From: a virus
DNA: 64,000 bases
Virus record (IMG/VR): IMGVR_UViG_3300045988_142085
Span: 32,001-96,000 of that record
Strand: one strand, 5' to 3'
Position 1 is the stretch's first letter. Each line of letters starts with the position of its first letter. Shown piece by piece: positions 20,693 through 30,652 of the stretch. A program made the position numbers and the translations under genes. The notes under the pieces are model-generated. The model was given only the letters and a program-made list of their open reading frames with translations. It was not told where the DNA came from and did no database searches.

Positions 20693-20787
20693 ACCAGATC
20701 CAGCACCTGCATTAACGATAAATTTACCTTCAAATTTCTTCGCGACAGGCAGTTGTTGTTCATTTAAATTTTTTAATAATTCTGACA
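20693..20787 (-). CDS. uvrD: UvrD-like helicase, exon 1 (N-terminus through GAGSG of P-loop)
   Basis: ATG at 20787 with AGAGGA RBS. MSELLKNLNEQQLPVAKKFEGKFIVNAGAGSG. Confidence 0.7.
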
Positions 20788-20865
20788 TAGTATAATCCTC
20801 TCTAAATATTTTAATTACTTAGGCATACATCTTATTATATTATAGGCCATATGCCTAAATAATTA

Positions 20866-20897
20866 AAGCCGATAGAAATTAATCTATCGGCTCTTAT
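20866..20897 (-). terminator. rho-independent terminator
   Basis: AGCCGATAG...CTATCGGCT hairpin plus TTAATTATTT on the minus strand. Confidence 0.5.
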
Positions 20898-20903
20898 AAT
20901 ATA

Positions 20904-21083
20904 TTAAATATTGTTAATGAATTCAGGTACACCATCATAGAATTCTTTTTTCTTAGAATCTTCTTCGGTTTTACCGTTCAACATAATTTTTTGAATTTCT
21001 TCTTGACAAGTTTGACCTACAAAACCTTGAGTTTCATATTCAACAGTACCGTCAGCCTTAATAGTAACTTCGATTTTTTTCAT
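20904..21083 (-). CDS. small hypothetical protein (59 aa; start at internal ATG with AGGAGG RBS)
   Basis: TAGGAGGTTTTCAA-ATG-AAAAAAATC. The track ORF extends upstream but lacks an RBS there. Confidence 0.5.
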   Translation of the reverse strand: MKKIEVTIKADGTVEYETQGFVGQTCQEEIQKIMLNGKTEEDSKKKEFYDGVPEFINNI

Positions 21084-21092
21084 TTGAAAACC

Positions 21093-21125
21093 TCCTAAAA
21101 ATAAAATAGCGGGGAACGAGTCCCC
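21093..21125 (-). terminator. rho-independent terminator
   Basis: GCGGGGAC-TCGT-TCCCCGC hairpin plus TATTTTATTTTT on the minus strand. Confidence 0.6.
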
Positions 21126-21145
21126 GCATATCATTATTTAAATTA

Positions 21146-21562
21146 TTATGCCAAGCATTCCAATTTAATTTCTTGGTTACTTTGAGCAATGATATTAACC
21201 ATATAACCAGCAGAACGAGCAGCTTTAACTACTTTATAAGAGTTATAGATCATACCAAGCTTTTCACTAAATTGTTTAATATTAGTGCCAGAACCATAGA
21301 AATCACCACGAACTTCAACAGAAAAATCATCGTTAAATACGAGACCTACATGAGCTTTATGATTGCGATCATGGAAAGATACAGTAGCATTAACTTCACG
21401 TTGGTCACGAGGAATAACGATCATACCAGAAGCATCGAGAGTTTTACCGTCGAAATCGATATCGAAGTCTTTATTAAATTCTTTGTCCATCATTGCTTCC
21501 ATGAAATCTTTGCGAGATACATCTTTAAGAGTTTCTACTTTTTGTTTTAAATATTGAGACAT
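21146..21562 (-). CDS. hypothetical protein
   Basis: 138-aa ORF. Confidence 0.55.
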   Translation of the reverse strand: MSQYLKQKVETLKDVSRKDFMEAMMDKEFNKDFDIDFDGKTLDASGMIVIPRDQREVNATVSFHDRNHKAHVGLVFNDDFSVEVRGDFYGSGTNIKQFSEKLGMIYNSYKVVKAARSAGYMVNIIAQSNQEIKLECLA

Positions 21563-21626
21563 TATAATGTCCTCCTTTGAAAAATGTATAGATATCTATA
21601 TGCAAACGGCGACATGCCGTAATTGC

Positions 21627-21995
21627 TTAACTATTCTTACGAACAAATTCAAATTCTTTAGGAAAATATTTCTTAATGAATTCTTTTTTAACTGTATTTC
21701 TAATGTTTTCACTGTCAACACTATTATAATGCGGATTGCCAGGCGTGTCAAGAAATATGTTATTAACACTAGACAATAGATCGACTAAAGTACTATATAC
21801 AGGAACTGTTTGCTCAGTTAAGACTTTAAAATCTGAAATATTCTGAAGACAAATATTAACGTCTCGAATTAAGATATCGAGCTCTTTTTTCATTTGTTCT
21901 TCCGCTTTTTTATCTAACTTTTCAAACAGTAATTCTGCCTTTTTGCGATTACTTATTTGTCGATTACTATTAGGATCGAAAGTAACGATTGCCAA
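21627..21995 (-). CDS. hypothetical protein
   Basis: 122-aa ORF. Confidence 0.5.
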   Translation of the reverse strand: MAIVTFDPNSNRQISNRKKAELLFEKLDKKAEEQMKKELDILIRDVNICLQNISDFKVLTEQTVPVYSTLVDLLSSVNNIFLDTPGNPHYNSVDSENIRNTVKKEFIKKYFPKEFEFVRKNS

Positions 21996-22009
21996 ATTAA
22001 AAATCCTTT

Positions 22010-22549
22010 CTATTCAGTTAAATAATTAGATTTGCTAGACTTTTTTACTGGCTCGAGTAAGCTCGCTTTCTTTTCACTTGCATATACTGCAAATTTACGA
22101 GCATGTTCTTCGAGTGCTGCAATAGAATCAGAAGAACTTTTAGCTACAGGAACAATTGTCATTACGGCTTCTTCGATAAGACCTTGAGTAACTTCTTTAC
22201 GGTCATTAACGAATAATACGCGTTGAAGATTAATGATAGTTTGTTCGATCTCAGCACCAGTAAAACGATCGATAGCATTAACGAGATATTCTAAATCTGC
22301 TTTAGATTTGAATTTCAAGCCATATTTTTTAATATAAATAGATAGGATTTCTTGAGCTTCTTCATTATTAGGGATAGAGAAGTACCATTGAGTATCTAGA
22401 CGACCAGCACGCATTAATTCTGGAGGCAACTTGGTGATATCATTACTAGTGAATACAGAAAAGCTGTTTTCATTTTCATGCAGGAATGTCAATAAACGAC
22501 TCATTACACGAGCAAGAGTGCCAGCATCACTTTGATGGCTAGATGCATA
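22010..22549 (-). CDS. AAA+ ATPase, exon 2 (sensor / C-terminal helical part)
   Basis: YASSHQSDAGTLARVMSRLLTFL...TKLPPELMRAGRLD equals the AAA box VII/sensor-2 region. Preceded by omega G. Confidence 0.65.
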   Translation of the reverse strand, partial: YASSHQSDAGTLARVMSRLLTFLHENENSFSVFTSNDITKLPPELMRAGRLDTQWYFSIPNNEEAQEILSIYIKKYGLKFKSKADLEYLVNAIDRFTGAEIEQTIINLQRVLFVNDRKEVTQGLIEEAVMTIVPVAKSSSDSIAALEEHARKFAVYASEKKASLLEPVKKSSKSNYLTE

Positions 22550-24061
22550 CAAATGTTATTAACCTGTATATTTTTACATACAGCTCTGGAGGTTTTCCTC
22601 ATTTTCATCGATTAGTTAATTCTAATCCAGTTTAGCGTAACTTTTCACCTTAATTAAGATTCATAGGGTTGGGGCCTCTTGGTAGGATTATATCTTTTCA
22701 CCTACTACGCGTTGCGGCTGGCTTAACTTTGTTAAGCCTTCACCTCTGATTAGCATATTGTATATTAATACAACTTAGCCTTCCAGATTTTTTCCCCAAA
22801 GCTAGTCATCATCTTCTGAATCTGTTGATGACGACACGGCTATGCTATTTACAAATTGTCCTTTTTGATTTCTCATCCAAGGATGTTCTTTTTGATGGCA
22901 TTCTGTACATAATGAAAGACCATTTTTAAGATCATTAAATTCTATACTTTTAACAATGTCATCTAAATTATTATTATATTTTTGTACTATGCTATAAAGT
23001 TGTTCGATATGATGAACTATTATATCGGATCGTGATCCACATTTTTGACATGTATAATTGTCTCTTTTTAAACAAGAATTTTTCCAAATTTCATATTCTG
23101 TAGTGCTTCTTAAATAATGAGCAACTTCTGTATATGTTTCTTTTTCTTTATGTAAATATAATTTTTTATGCTCGTTACAACAAAAATGTTTTTTATGATT
23201 TTTAAATTTAGATTCTATTATTTCATATTTTTTATTACAATAATCACAAGAAACTTCAACACGTTTTTTTCGTGCCTCATGTGAACATTTACTAGAACAA
23301 TAGATATGTTTATTTTTTCCTTCAAAAAAATTTTTTAATGCGCCAATTGGCTTATTTATTTTTTCTCCGCAGAAATCACATTTTAATTCTTCTATTGTTT
23401 TTTTATTTTTTTCTTTTATATCTATTGCGTTATGATGCATACATTCTATTGAACAATATGATATATTTTGATTTCTTTTAGTTTGTTTTTTTACATAACT
23501 ATTTGGTAATTTAAATTTTTTTTGACAAAATTTACATGTAAACTCTGTAAAATTACCACGTATATCATTTTCTTTGTTGTAAATTTTGCAACATTCAGAA
23601 GAGCAGAAATAATGCTTTTTATTTTTTAATTTTTGCTGAACCTTAAATTCTTTTCCGCAACAATCACATTTTACATTTAATTGATTGCGCCCCCAATGTT
23701 TATCTTTACACTCTCGGGAACAAAATTTTATAGGTTGATTTTTTTTATTAGCATTTTTAATTTCTCGTTCACTTCTTTGAAACATATTACCACATTCAAG
23801 ACAAATATAATCATGATATACAATATTTTTATGCGCGTATTCATGCATACATTTCTTTGAACAAAATTGTGGTTCAAAATTTGGATTTTTTCTTTTTTGA
23901 AAATCAACTTCACATTTTCTTCTTTTAAAATCAGACATGCAGTTCTTGCATGCATAGTACAACCATATATTTTCTTTATTTTTCATAATTATCTCCTGTT
24001 AATATTCAGTATACATCTATATATTACAGGAGTTTCTTCAATTTGTAAATTTTAAAATTTA
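22550..24061 (-). mobile_element. group I-like intron (family A) carrying an HNH homing-endonuclease ORF, inserted after the Walker B region of the AAA ATPase gene
   Basis: Exon 1 ends GGC GGT directly before a TAA. The 3' 250 nt (22550-22800) is near-identical in architecture to the uvrD intron. HE ORF has its own AGGAG RBS 72 nt into the intron. Confidence 0.7.
22802..23986 (-). CDS. intron-encoded HNH endonuclease with N-terminal array of about 10 CxxC...CxxC zinc-ribbon modules
   Basis: C-terminal CQKCGSRSDIIVHHIEQL...SLCTECHQKEHPW (HNH). Repeated C-x2-C-x(12-20)-[CH]-x(2-4)-[CH] modules upstream. Confidence 0.7.
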   Translation of the reverse strand: MKNKENIWLYYACKNCMSDFKRRKCEVDFQKRKNPNFEPQFCSKKCMHEYAHKNIVYHDYICLECGNMFQRSEREIKNANKKNQPIKFCSRECKDKHWGRNQLNVKCDCCGKEFKVQQKLKNKKHYFCSSECCKIYNKENDIRGNFTEFTCKFCQKKFKLPNSYVKKQTKRNQNISYCSIECMHHNAIDIKEKNKKTIEELKCDFCGEKINKPIGALKNFFEGKNKHIYCSSKCSHEARKKRVEVSCDYCNKKYEIIESKFKNHKKHFCCNEHKKLYLHKEKETYTEVAHYLRSTTEYEIWKNSCLKRDNYTCQKCGSRSDIIVHHIEQLYSIVQKYNNNLDDIVKSIEFNDLKNGLSLCTECHQKEHPWMRNQKGQFVNSIAVSSSTDSEDDD

Positions 24062-25123
24062 ACCGCCGAGGACTTTTTCCGCTTCATCGATTAGGATAAC
24101 ACATTGTTTAAGTTCTCTTACTTGATTTAAGGCTCGTTCCATATTGCCTTCAGATGCGCCGACTAGACCTTGCATAATTTTACTTAAGTTAATATTTACT
24201 AATGGTACTTTTAACGTAGCTGCAATAATACTAGCTGCTACAGTTTTAGAACAACCAGGAACACCGAAAGCAATAAAGCCTTTAGGTTTCTTAATGCCGA
24301 GTTGTTTTGCTTCGTCTGTATAGAATTTAGGTAAAGTGGAAACATATTTTTTAAAAGCATGATAGCCACCCATGTCATTCAAAGACATTGTTGGATGAGA
24401 AATTTCTAACATACTTCCGTCGAAGTTTTCAGTTTTAAACTTATGAATATCGGCTACGCTTATATTACCAGATTTTGAACAATATTCTAAACATTGAAGC
24501 ATTTGAATATATGTTAAACCTAATAGTGCTTCGACACATTGTAATTTTTCGTCGCCAGTATGATACTTATTGAGATAAAGCTCGATTTCTTTAGCTGTCA
24601 AAGCATCTAAAGAAATACGATAAGCATAGTCAGCAAGCTCTTCAGGTGGAGCAAATGTTGCGACTACAAATACTGGAGCACCATTGCCTTTAAATGCCAA
24701 TACATCTAATAAAATTTTAGAATACATTGGATTTTTAAGGGCCATAGGTTCTACAAATAGATGAGGCGTATCTTTTTTATCTGGATTACCGACTTCTAAA
24801 AGATACTGATCATATTTATTTAAATCCGGTGTTACTTCACTTTTAATATCTTTAAGATAATTGAAGGAACACTGTTTATTATTTGCTACTAATTTTTTAA
24901 GATCGATAGATCCATAAGGATATCGTTGTGTACTAAGATATACTTTCTTAGTTTCAGAATTACCAAATGCAGCATCGAGAGAAAAATCTTCAAGATTTTG
25001 ACCTGCATCACTTAAAGAATTTAAAACGTAAGACATACCGCGTTCTAATTCTTCTGTTTGAATCCAAATTAATGGATTATATCCGCTTTTAAGACCAGAT
25101 TTAGATAACTTATTAAATTCCAT
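24062..25123 (-). CDS. AAA+ ATPase, exon 1 (Walker A GVPGCSKT, Walker B ILIDEAE)
   Basis: FGVPGCSKTVAASIIA...CVILIDEAEKVLGG. Confidence 0.7.
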
Positions 25124-25137
25124 ATTTTCCCTTCCTT

Positions 25138-25608
25138 TTAGCCTACGAATTGAACTTGTTCGTCTTCAGGTAATACTGTATTAATTTTTTCAATGAAATT
25201 GATTACATTAGCTGCTGTTTCAGATACATCGACTTTAGCAGCTCGTGTTGTAGAATCTTGAGGCCAAGATTCGATTTCTTTATACATAGCCTTAAAGTCT
25301 TTGTCACATAGCTCCCATACTTTTTCCATAAGATTACGAGCCAAGAATAAATTAATGAAATTTTGATATTCATTCATGTTTTCGAGTGCTACTTTTTTAA
25401 CGATAGCTTGTTTAATTAGTGTTTCAATTTCGTTATCCCAATCGAAATGATGCTCGACTTCGATATTTTCATCGTTGACAACACCAGTAATTTTAAGTAC
25501 AGCATCGTCTTTATCTATGGTTAATACAGAATTTAATTTAAATGCTTTTTCTTGCTGATCGAAATTAAAAGTCTTATTAAAATAAGTGTCTTTAATGATT
25601 ACTTCCAA
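25138..25608 (-). CDS. hypothetical protein
   Basis: 156-aa ORF. Confidence 0.5.
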   Translation of the reverse strand: MEVIIKDTYFNKTFNFDQQEKAFKLNSVLTIDKDDAVLKITGVVNDENIEVEHHFDWDNEIETLIKQAIVKKVALENMNEYQNFINLFLARNLMEKVWELCDKDFKAMYKEIESWPQDSTTRAAKVDVSETAANVINFIEKINTVLPEDEQVQFVG

Positions 25609-26204
25609 AACTCAACGCCTCCATCTTTTTTAATCCCCATATCGGAATATTGATTAATATTATTATATACTTTAATAGTTTTATTATCTAAACTATATTG
25701 ACTTAAGTCGACTACTTTTTGATTATTACTACCGATGAAACTACGCATTACATTCGTATGTGTATCGTCATAAATACGTTGATGTTCATCATATTGTCCA
25801 TCGACTAATACATCGATAGTATTAAATAATTCTTCATATTGCTCTGGATTTTCTTTTAACATATCTTCATATGTATGCCAACTAATCACAAGGATATGAT
25901 AATTATATTTTTTAAGTAGCTTACAAAGTTCGATTAAGCCTTCTAATTGATCTGTAGGTTCGCCGCCAACTATTGTTACGCTCTTAACGCTACACATGTC
26001 TTCTAGGCGATCTACGATAGATTGAATTGATACATGAGAACCTTGTTCTCGCTGCCATAGTTCATAATTAAAACAACCGCGACAAGGATCACCTTCTTCG
26101 GCTTTACGACAGCCAGCGAAGTATAGTTCACTCCTAAGATTATCTTGAACACTTGGGCCTGCAGTCCGAATGTTGATGCGATAATCGTATAAATTAATAT
26201 TCAT
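25599..26204 (-). CDS. nrdG: NrdG-like anaerobic ribonucleotide reductase activating protein (radical-SAM-related), atypical Cys spacing
   Basis: Aligns with T4 NrdG: GP..R..LF.AGC...C.GCFN..LW, VTIVGGEPTDQ, ILVISWHTYEDM, IDVLVDGQYDE, GSNNQ. Cluster motif here is C-x9-C-x2-C. Confidence 0.5.
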   Translation of the reverse strand: MNINLYDYRINIRTAGPSVQDNLRSELYFAGCRKAEEGDPCRGCFNYELWQREQGSHVSIQSIVDRLEDMCSVKSVTIVGGEPTDQLEGLIELCKLLKKYNYHILVISWHTYEDMLKENPEQYEELFNTIDVLVDGQYDEHQRIYDDTHTNVMRSFIGSNNQKVVDLSQYSLDNKTIKVYNNINQYSDMGIKKDGGVEFWK

Positions 26205-26206
26205 AC

Positions 26207-26245
26207 TAATTCTCCATAAATAAAAAAGCCAGACCCTTATCGGAT
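26207..26245 (-). terminator. rho-independent terminator
   Basis: GUCAGAUCC-GAUAA-GGGUCUGGC (two G.U pairs) plus UUUUUUAUUU on the minus strand. Confidence 0.45.
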
Positions 26246-26437
26246 CTGACTTTTCTCAACATCATGCTTACAATTTAGACATCGGAAGATATCTTTATTC
26301 TTAAGTTGTAAGAATTCTTTTTGTCGAGCATTATATCGAAACTCATAAGTTTCGACTTTCTCGAAAGTTCGTCCTCCACAACGAGGACATTTAAAATACA
26401 GTTTATCTTCAGGATCTGTAATTAACATATTATTCAC
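26237..26437 (-). CDS. zinc-ribbon protein
   Basis: CPRCGG...CLNCKH. Confidence 0.5.
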   Translation of the reverse strand: MNNMLITDPEDKLYFKCPRCGGRTFEKVETYEFRYNARQKEFLQLKNKDIFRCLNCKHDVEKSQIR

Positions 26438-27047
26438 CTAAGAAATCTAAGAATAAACCAGCATATTTTGCCGTTAATACATCGTTTGGATCAATACCTT
26501 TTTCTTGTGTAAATTCAATTAACTTTGTATTAAATTCTTTACCCATTTTATTTTTAAGGGTAACGATTTTCTTCATGTTAACAAAGTTTTTAATCATTTC
26601 GACATCTTCTGGTTTAAGGACGTCGATATCGAGATTAGCAGCACAACCTTTAAGGGCACTACTTACTGCTGATTTATATCCACTTGCATAGTCGAAACGA
26701 CCTTTTTTATCGGATTTACGCGGACAGTTAGAACCAATATCTTCTTTAACGATAGTAATTGGTTCGCCTTTTTTATTATAAGTATTAATAGTCAAACGAC
26801 CTTGAACATAAAAATACTGATCGCTAATATCTTCCTTGCCTTGAACTTTTTCTTTATCGTAAGCCTGATAAACTTCAGTCCAGCTTTTAATAATCTCGAA
26901 TGACCATTCGCCATCAAATAATTGATTAAGCAATACGGTAACATCACCGATACTTAAATATTTGGCACCTTGGTTTAAATATTGATTAGATTTAAAAAAG
27001 TTGGCATTGACATTATCGGTTCTGAAAATATCTTTTAATGTAATCAT
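26430..27047 (-). CDS. hypothetical protein
   Basis: 205-aa ORF. Confidence 0.5.
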   Translation of the reverse strand: MITLKDIFRTDNVNANFFKSNQYLNQGAKYLSIGDVTVLLNQLFDGEWSFEIIKSWTEVYQAYDKEKVQGKEDISDQYFYVQGRLTINTYNKKGEPITIVKEDIGSNCPRKSDKKGRFDYASGYKSAVSSALKGCAANLDIDVLKPEDVEMIKNFVNMKKIVTLKNKMGKEFNTKLIEFTQEKGIDPNDVLTAKYAGLFLDFLGE

Positions 27048-27113
27048 GACAAAATCCTTTCTGTTAAAATACTAATTTATACATAGTATTATAGCAGAAA
27101 GGATAGATTTTGT

Positions 27114-27914
27114 CTACTTATTTAGAACTTTTAATGCAGAACTTACGGTAATTAACAATTCTTTTTTGAATTGAATTTGTTTTAAAATTCCATCAAGGAA
27201 GTTATAACGACCACGAGTTTCAGCAATTAGCTGGAATAAATCGACAGTATTTTTACCGATTTTATATTTTTGAGCGGCAGTAACGCCAGATGCTTTACGC
27301 TCTGTTTCGTTAGAGCCTTTAGCATTAGTTGCTTTTACGACAGTAAGAACACCGTCTTCTTTATTTGTTAAATTATCTAACGCCGTTTTTGTTTCCATAA
27401 ACTTATCATGGATATAGCTATGTAAGCTATCTAGTTCAGATGATACTAATAACACAACGTTAGGTGGAATATTCGATTTAATTTTAATACCGTCGATACG
27501 AGTTAGGATTTCATTCTTAAGAGCCTCCCAATCAGGATCGGCAATCGGATTAGAGAAGAAATCAATGACGTTATTAAAAGAATCTCCCTTAGTTTTTTGT
27601 TTGTCTGTTTGTTCACAAGATACAGTTTCCTTTTCGACCTCATCGACAACAAGTTCTTCTTTAGCGTCAGAAACAGTTTCGTCGGTTTCAGCAACTGCTT
27701 CAGCCTTCTTTTCTTCTTCTTCGATTATAGGAGCAGCTTCTTTCTCAGGAGTTTCTTCTGCTAATAGATCGAGAGAGTCTTCTTTTGTGTCATCTACTGT
27801 GTCATCAGCTAAAAGATCGATAGGTTCTTCTTTTGTTTCCACAACTTCATTATCGTTTTCATTAACGATAATATCTTCCATATCGGCGAAAATATCAAAA
27901 CCTTTTTCACTCAT
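27114..27914 (-). CDS. hypothetical protein with acidic N-terminal region
   Basis: 266-aa ORF. Confidence 0.5.
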   Translation of the reverse strand: MSEKGFDIFADMEDIIVNENDNEVVETKEEPIDLLADDTVDDTKEDSLDLLAEETPEKEAAPIIEEEEKKAEAVAETDETVSDAKEELVVDEVEKETVSCEQTDKQKTKGDSFNNVIDFFSNPIADPDWEALKNEILTRIDGIKIKSNIPPNVVLLVSSELDSLHSYIHDKFMETKTALDNLTNKEDGVLTVVKATNAKGSNETERKASGVTAAQKYKIGKNTVDLFQLIAETRGRYNFLDGILKQIQFKKELLITVSSALKVLNK

Positions 27915-28553
27915 TTACTTTTCCCCTTTTATTAATTCAGGATGATGCTCTTTGATATCATCAATTAAAGCATCGATATCTTTCAATAATTCAGCTTGGA
28001 CAGCGTTTTTATTTTCTCCGTCGAAAGTAGCTAGATAATTCAAGCTATATAACGGGAAGAAATCGTTGCCAAGTAAATTAAATTTTTTACCATGCTCTTC
28101 TAAAATAGAAGGGCCATCTTTAAACATCTTTAATGAAATATTGCCAAAAAGAACAATCATTTTCGGCTTCATGTTATCTATTAAAGCGTTTAGATATTGT
28201 TTAGCGATAGCTTGTTCAGAAGTGTTAGGCGGGCGAACTTTTATTTCTTCGCCGACTTTAACTTCTGGGCAATACGGAATACAATCAATCCAGATACTAG
28301 ATTCTAATTTTAAATTCTTAGATTGAAGATATTTTAGAATATTATAGTATTTGGAATCTTTCCCGAGAACTACAGATTCGCTTGCCATCGGATCTTTAAT
28401 AAAGAGAATGTCACAACCGAATTCTTTATTTAAATTAATAGGAGTAGTTCTACGTTTAATACTCTCAGGAATAGGATATTGATTGTAAGCTTCAAGGAAC
28501 TCGCTATACAGTTCCTTCGCGCTATCTTTTCTATATTGTTTCAGTAGGCTCAT
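27915..28553 (-). CDS. hypothetical protein (weak resemblance to UDG-superfamily fold)
   Basis: 212-aa ORF. MIVLFGNISLKMF region only weakly UDG-like. Confidence 0.45.
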   Translation of the reverse strand: MSLLKQYRKDSAKELYSEFLEAYNQYPIPESIKRRTTPINLNKEFGCDILFIKDPMASESVVLGKDSKYYNILKYLQSKNLKLESSIWIDCIPYCPEVKVGEEIKVRPPNTSEQAIAKQYLNALIDNMKPKMIVLFGNISLKMFKDGPSILEEHGKKFNLLGNDFFPLYSLNYLATFDGENKNAVQAELLKDIDALIDDIKEHHPELIKGEK

Positions 28554-29157
28554 TTAACTTTTCCTTTAAAAGAGCAATCTCGGCTCTCAATAAATTATTT
28601 TCAGCTATTGCCTTATCTTTTTCTAATGTAGCAAGCTTAATAAGATGATCGGCTCCTTGAGCCTTTCTCCTGTCTTCGATCATAGTCTTAATCATCGACA
28701 TTATAATCTCTTGATCGACTACGACGAATACATCGTCATCTGTTTCATGAAAACAAAATTTTAAATAATAGAACTCTTTATCTTGAGATTCTCGCTTAAG
28801 CTTATCTAACCATTCTTTATGGATAGTAAATGTTTTCTTTCCGCGAGCTTTATCAGCTACTTTAGTTTTTAATTCTTCACTTATGCTAATAATACCTTTA
28901 ATCTCTTGATCGCCTTTAATCTTACCTGCTCCACTGTTAGGAGTCATACGATTAACAACGTCATGAATTAATGCTTCATTAGCATTGTGATTTTTCATCT
29001 CAAAAACAGAGCCCATCCTATTATCAGGACGGGCTTTGAATTTGACTTGTTTTCTTTTATTCTTTGCGAGTTCATTATCGTGTTTAATGCATTCGGTACA
29101 TTTATTACCGGTAATGCTTAAACATGAATACCAGTCGTCGCCAAATAAACAAGACAT
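28531..29157 (-). CDS. hypothetical protein (N-terminal Cys cluster)
   Basis: 208-aa ORF. Confidence 0.5.
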   Translation of the reverse strand: MSCLFGDDWYSCLSITGNKCTECIKHDNELAKNKRKQVKFKARPDNRMGSVFEMKNHNANEALIHDVVNRMTPNSGAGKIKGDQEIKGIISISEELKTKVADKARGKKTFTIHKEWLDKLKRESQDKEFYYLKFCFHETDDDVFVVVDQEIIMSMIKTMIEDRRKAQGADHLIKLATLEKDKAIAENNLLRAEIALLKEKLNEPTETI

Positions 29158-29159
29158 AA

Positions 29160-29765
29160 TTAACTTTCTTCTAGTTCTTCGAGCTTAGCTTCAGAATCAC
29201 GAATTTCTTCGACTTCTTTTTCGCTAAGATCTTCAAATGTACCAGAAACCATATTAAGCAACTTTTTAAACTTATCTGGATTAGCAAGCATATCTTCACG
29301 GAACGCCATTTTACCGTTCCATTTATCTAACACTTCTCCAGTGTTAGGATCAATTTGTTGCATCCATGCACCAGCTTTATGAATGATGCCCATATCGACT
29401 AATTCATCGAGCGTACTTAAAATTTGTTCAATGCCTTGACCAAATATAGCAAAGTAGCTAAATTTACGATACGGGAATTCACCTGGAATAGCGTGATTTT
29501 TAGTAATCTTACAGTTAATTTTAATACCGTCTTCTTTACCGATAGGATCACTATCTAAGATACTACCTTTACGCATTTCGACAATCATTATACTGCCGGT
29601 TCTAATTGCTAGACCACCAGCTAATACAAGATTGTCGCCATACATACTAAAACCACCGATATTCGTAGTCAAATGCTGGATGAGAATCATAGCCGTGTGA
29701 TATTTACTAATTAAAGAAACAAATTTTGCTATAATTCTACTATTCATACGCGCTTGGCTTTTTGC
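29160..29765 (-). CDS. recA: RecA/UvsX-like recombinase, exon 3 (C-terminal half)
   Basis: SQARMNSRIIAKF...NTNIGGFSMYGDNLVLAGGLAIRTGSIMIVEMRK equals RecA ARMMSQAMRKL...[29 protein letters not shown]. 5' boundary is approximate. Confidence 0.7.
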   Translation of the reverse strand, partial: AKSQARMNSRIIAKFVSLISKYHTAMILIQHLTTNIGGFSMYGDNLVLAGGLAIRTGSIMIVEMRKGSILDSDPIGKEDGIKINCKITKNHAIPGEFPYRKFSYFAIFGQGIEQILSTLDELVDMGIIHKAGAWMQQIDPNTGEVLDKWNGKMAFREDMLANPDKFKKLLNMVSGTFEDLSEKEVEEIRDSEAKLEELEES

Positions 29766-30137
29766 CGTGGACTATATCATTATCCTATTATATATAGGAT
29801 ACCTAGTTTTTGGATTTAATGGGATTTCACCAACCCTAGATTAGGGCCCTACTCCTTTTGCCATATTTATATCTTAGCGTCTGGCCAATGGGATAGTCTC
29901 TGAACTTTATTCCTTTAAGAATATTAGCTGCTGATTATCTATTGTTATGTCACTTAGCACTGTCTCTAGCTTTTATTTCAGCATATGACAAACTAATTAT
30001 TTTTTCTGTCTTTCGACAACATTCACATTTATTATTTCTAATTATGTTGTAGTTAATTAGTTATTAAGAACTTCCAGCAATTTACTAGGTTTTCACATTG
30101 TATTACTACAATATGCCTTCCAGCACGTGTTTGGAGG
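29766..30137 (-). mobile_element. group I-like intron (family B, ORF-less), recA intron 2
   Basis: Contains UUGCUGGAAG...GAGACUAUCC...GAUAUAGUCCACGG. Boundaries are uncertain to within about 10 nt. Confidence 0.55.
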
Positions 30138-30438
30138 CGACGCTTACGTCTTTAAGACTCTTATTAGCTTCGGATTCAGGAACCAAAGCTTTTAGAGTAT
30201 TAATACAGAACAAGTCTATAGCACCAGTTTGAATTAATGCTTCAGCTTGATCGATACAGTCTTCTGCAGTATGATCTCGATCATATTGAATGAAATAAAA
30301 TCGTTCTGGATCGATACCAAATTGATTGACCATATAATCTAAGCTTAAAGATGCTTCACTTTCAATCCATAAGGCAAAATGTCCTTCTGGATTTTCACGA
30401 TGCATTTTACCGATTGTTTCAAGCACTAAACTAGTTTT
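30138..30438 (-). CDS. recA: RecA/UvsX-like recombinase, exon 2
   Basis: KTSLVLETIGKMHRENPEGHFALWIESEASL...IDLFCINTLKALVPESE equals RecA KTTLTLQ...AFIDAEHALD...VDVIVVDSVAALTPKAE. Confidence 0.7.
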
Positions 30439-30652
30439 CCTTTATACCCTCGGTTTCCCGATATTTATTAGGGGAGTAGACTATATCATCATCTTAATTA
30501 AGATGTTCTGCGCTTCCGTTACGAATGTAACGTACTCCTTTCGGATAGTCGTTGGGGCGCAATTAAGCTGCCTGCTGATTACCTCGATGGGCTTCCCAGC
30601 ATATCACAGAATTTGCATATAATTATCACTAATTATAGGGGCAAAATTAATT
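30439..30652 (-). mobile_element. group I-like intron (family B, about 214 nt), recA intron 1, in Walker A codons
   Basis: Exon 1 ends ...GAC TCG GGT (ADSG); exon 2 begins AAA ACT AGT (KTS). Intron ends ...AAAGG. Contains CGACUAUCCGAAAGGAGUA ... GAUAUAGUCUACUCC (P7-like). Confidence 0.65.

Noticed and set aside
20641-20700. C-terminal tails of exon-1 ORFs (GKEIL*, GCKSLPF*, GN*, KRQNRSR*, EQTHALF...KYLW*).
   Set aside because: These are read-through into intron sequence up to the first stop. Conserved protein motifs resume only in the next exon.
27915-28553. Confident call of uracil-DNA glycosylase.
   Set aside because: Family-4 UDG motifs (GEGPG, HPSPLN) are not recognisable. Only a vague fold-level resemblance remains.
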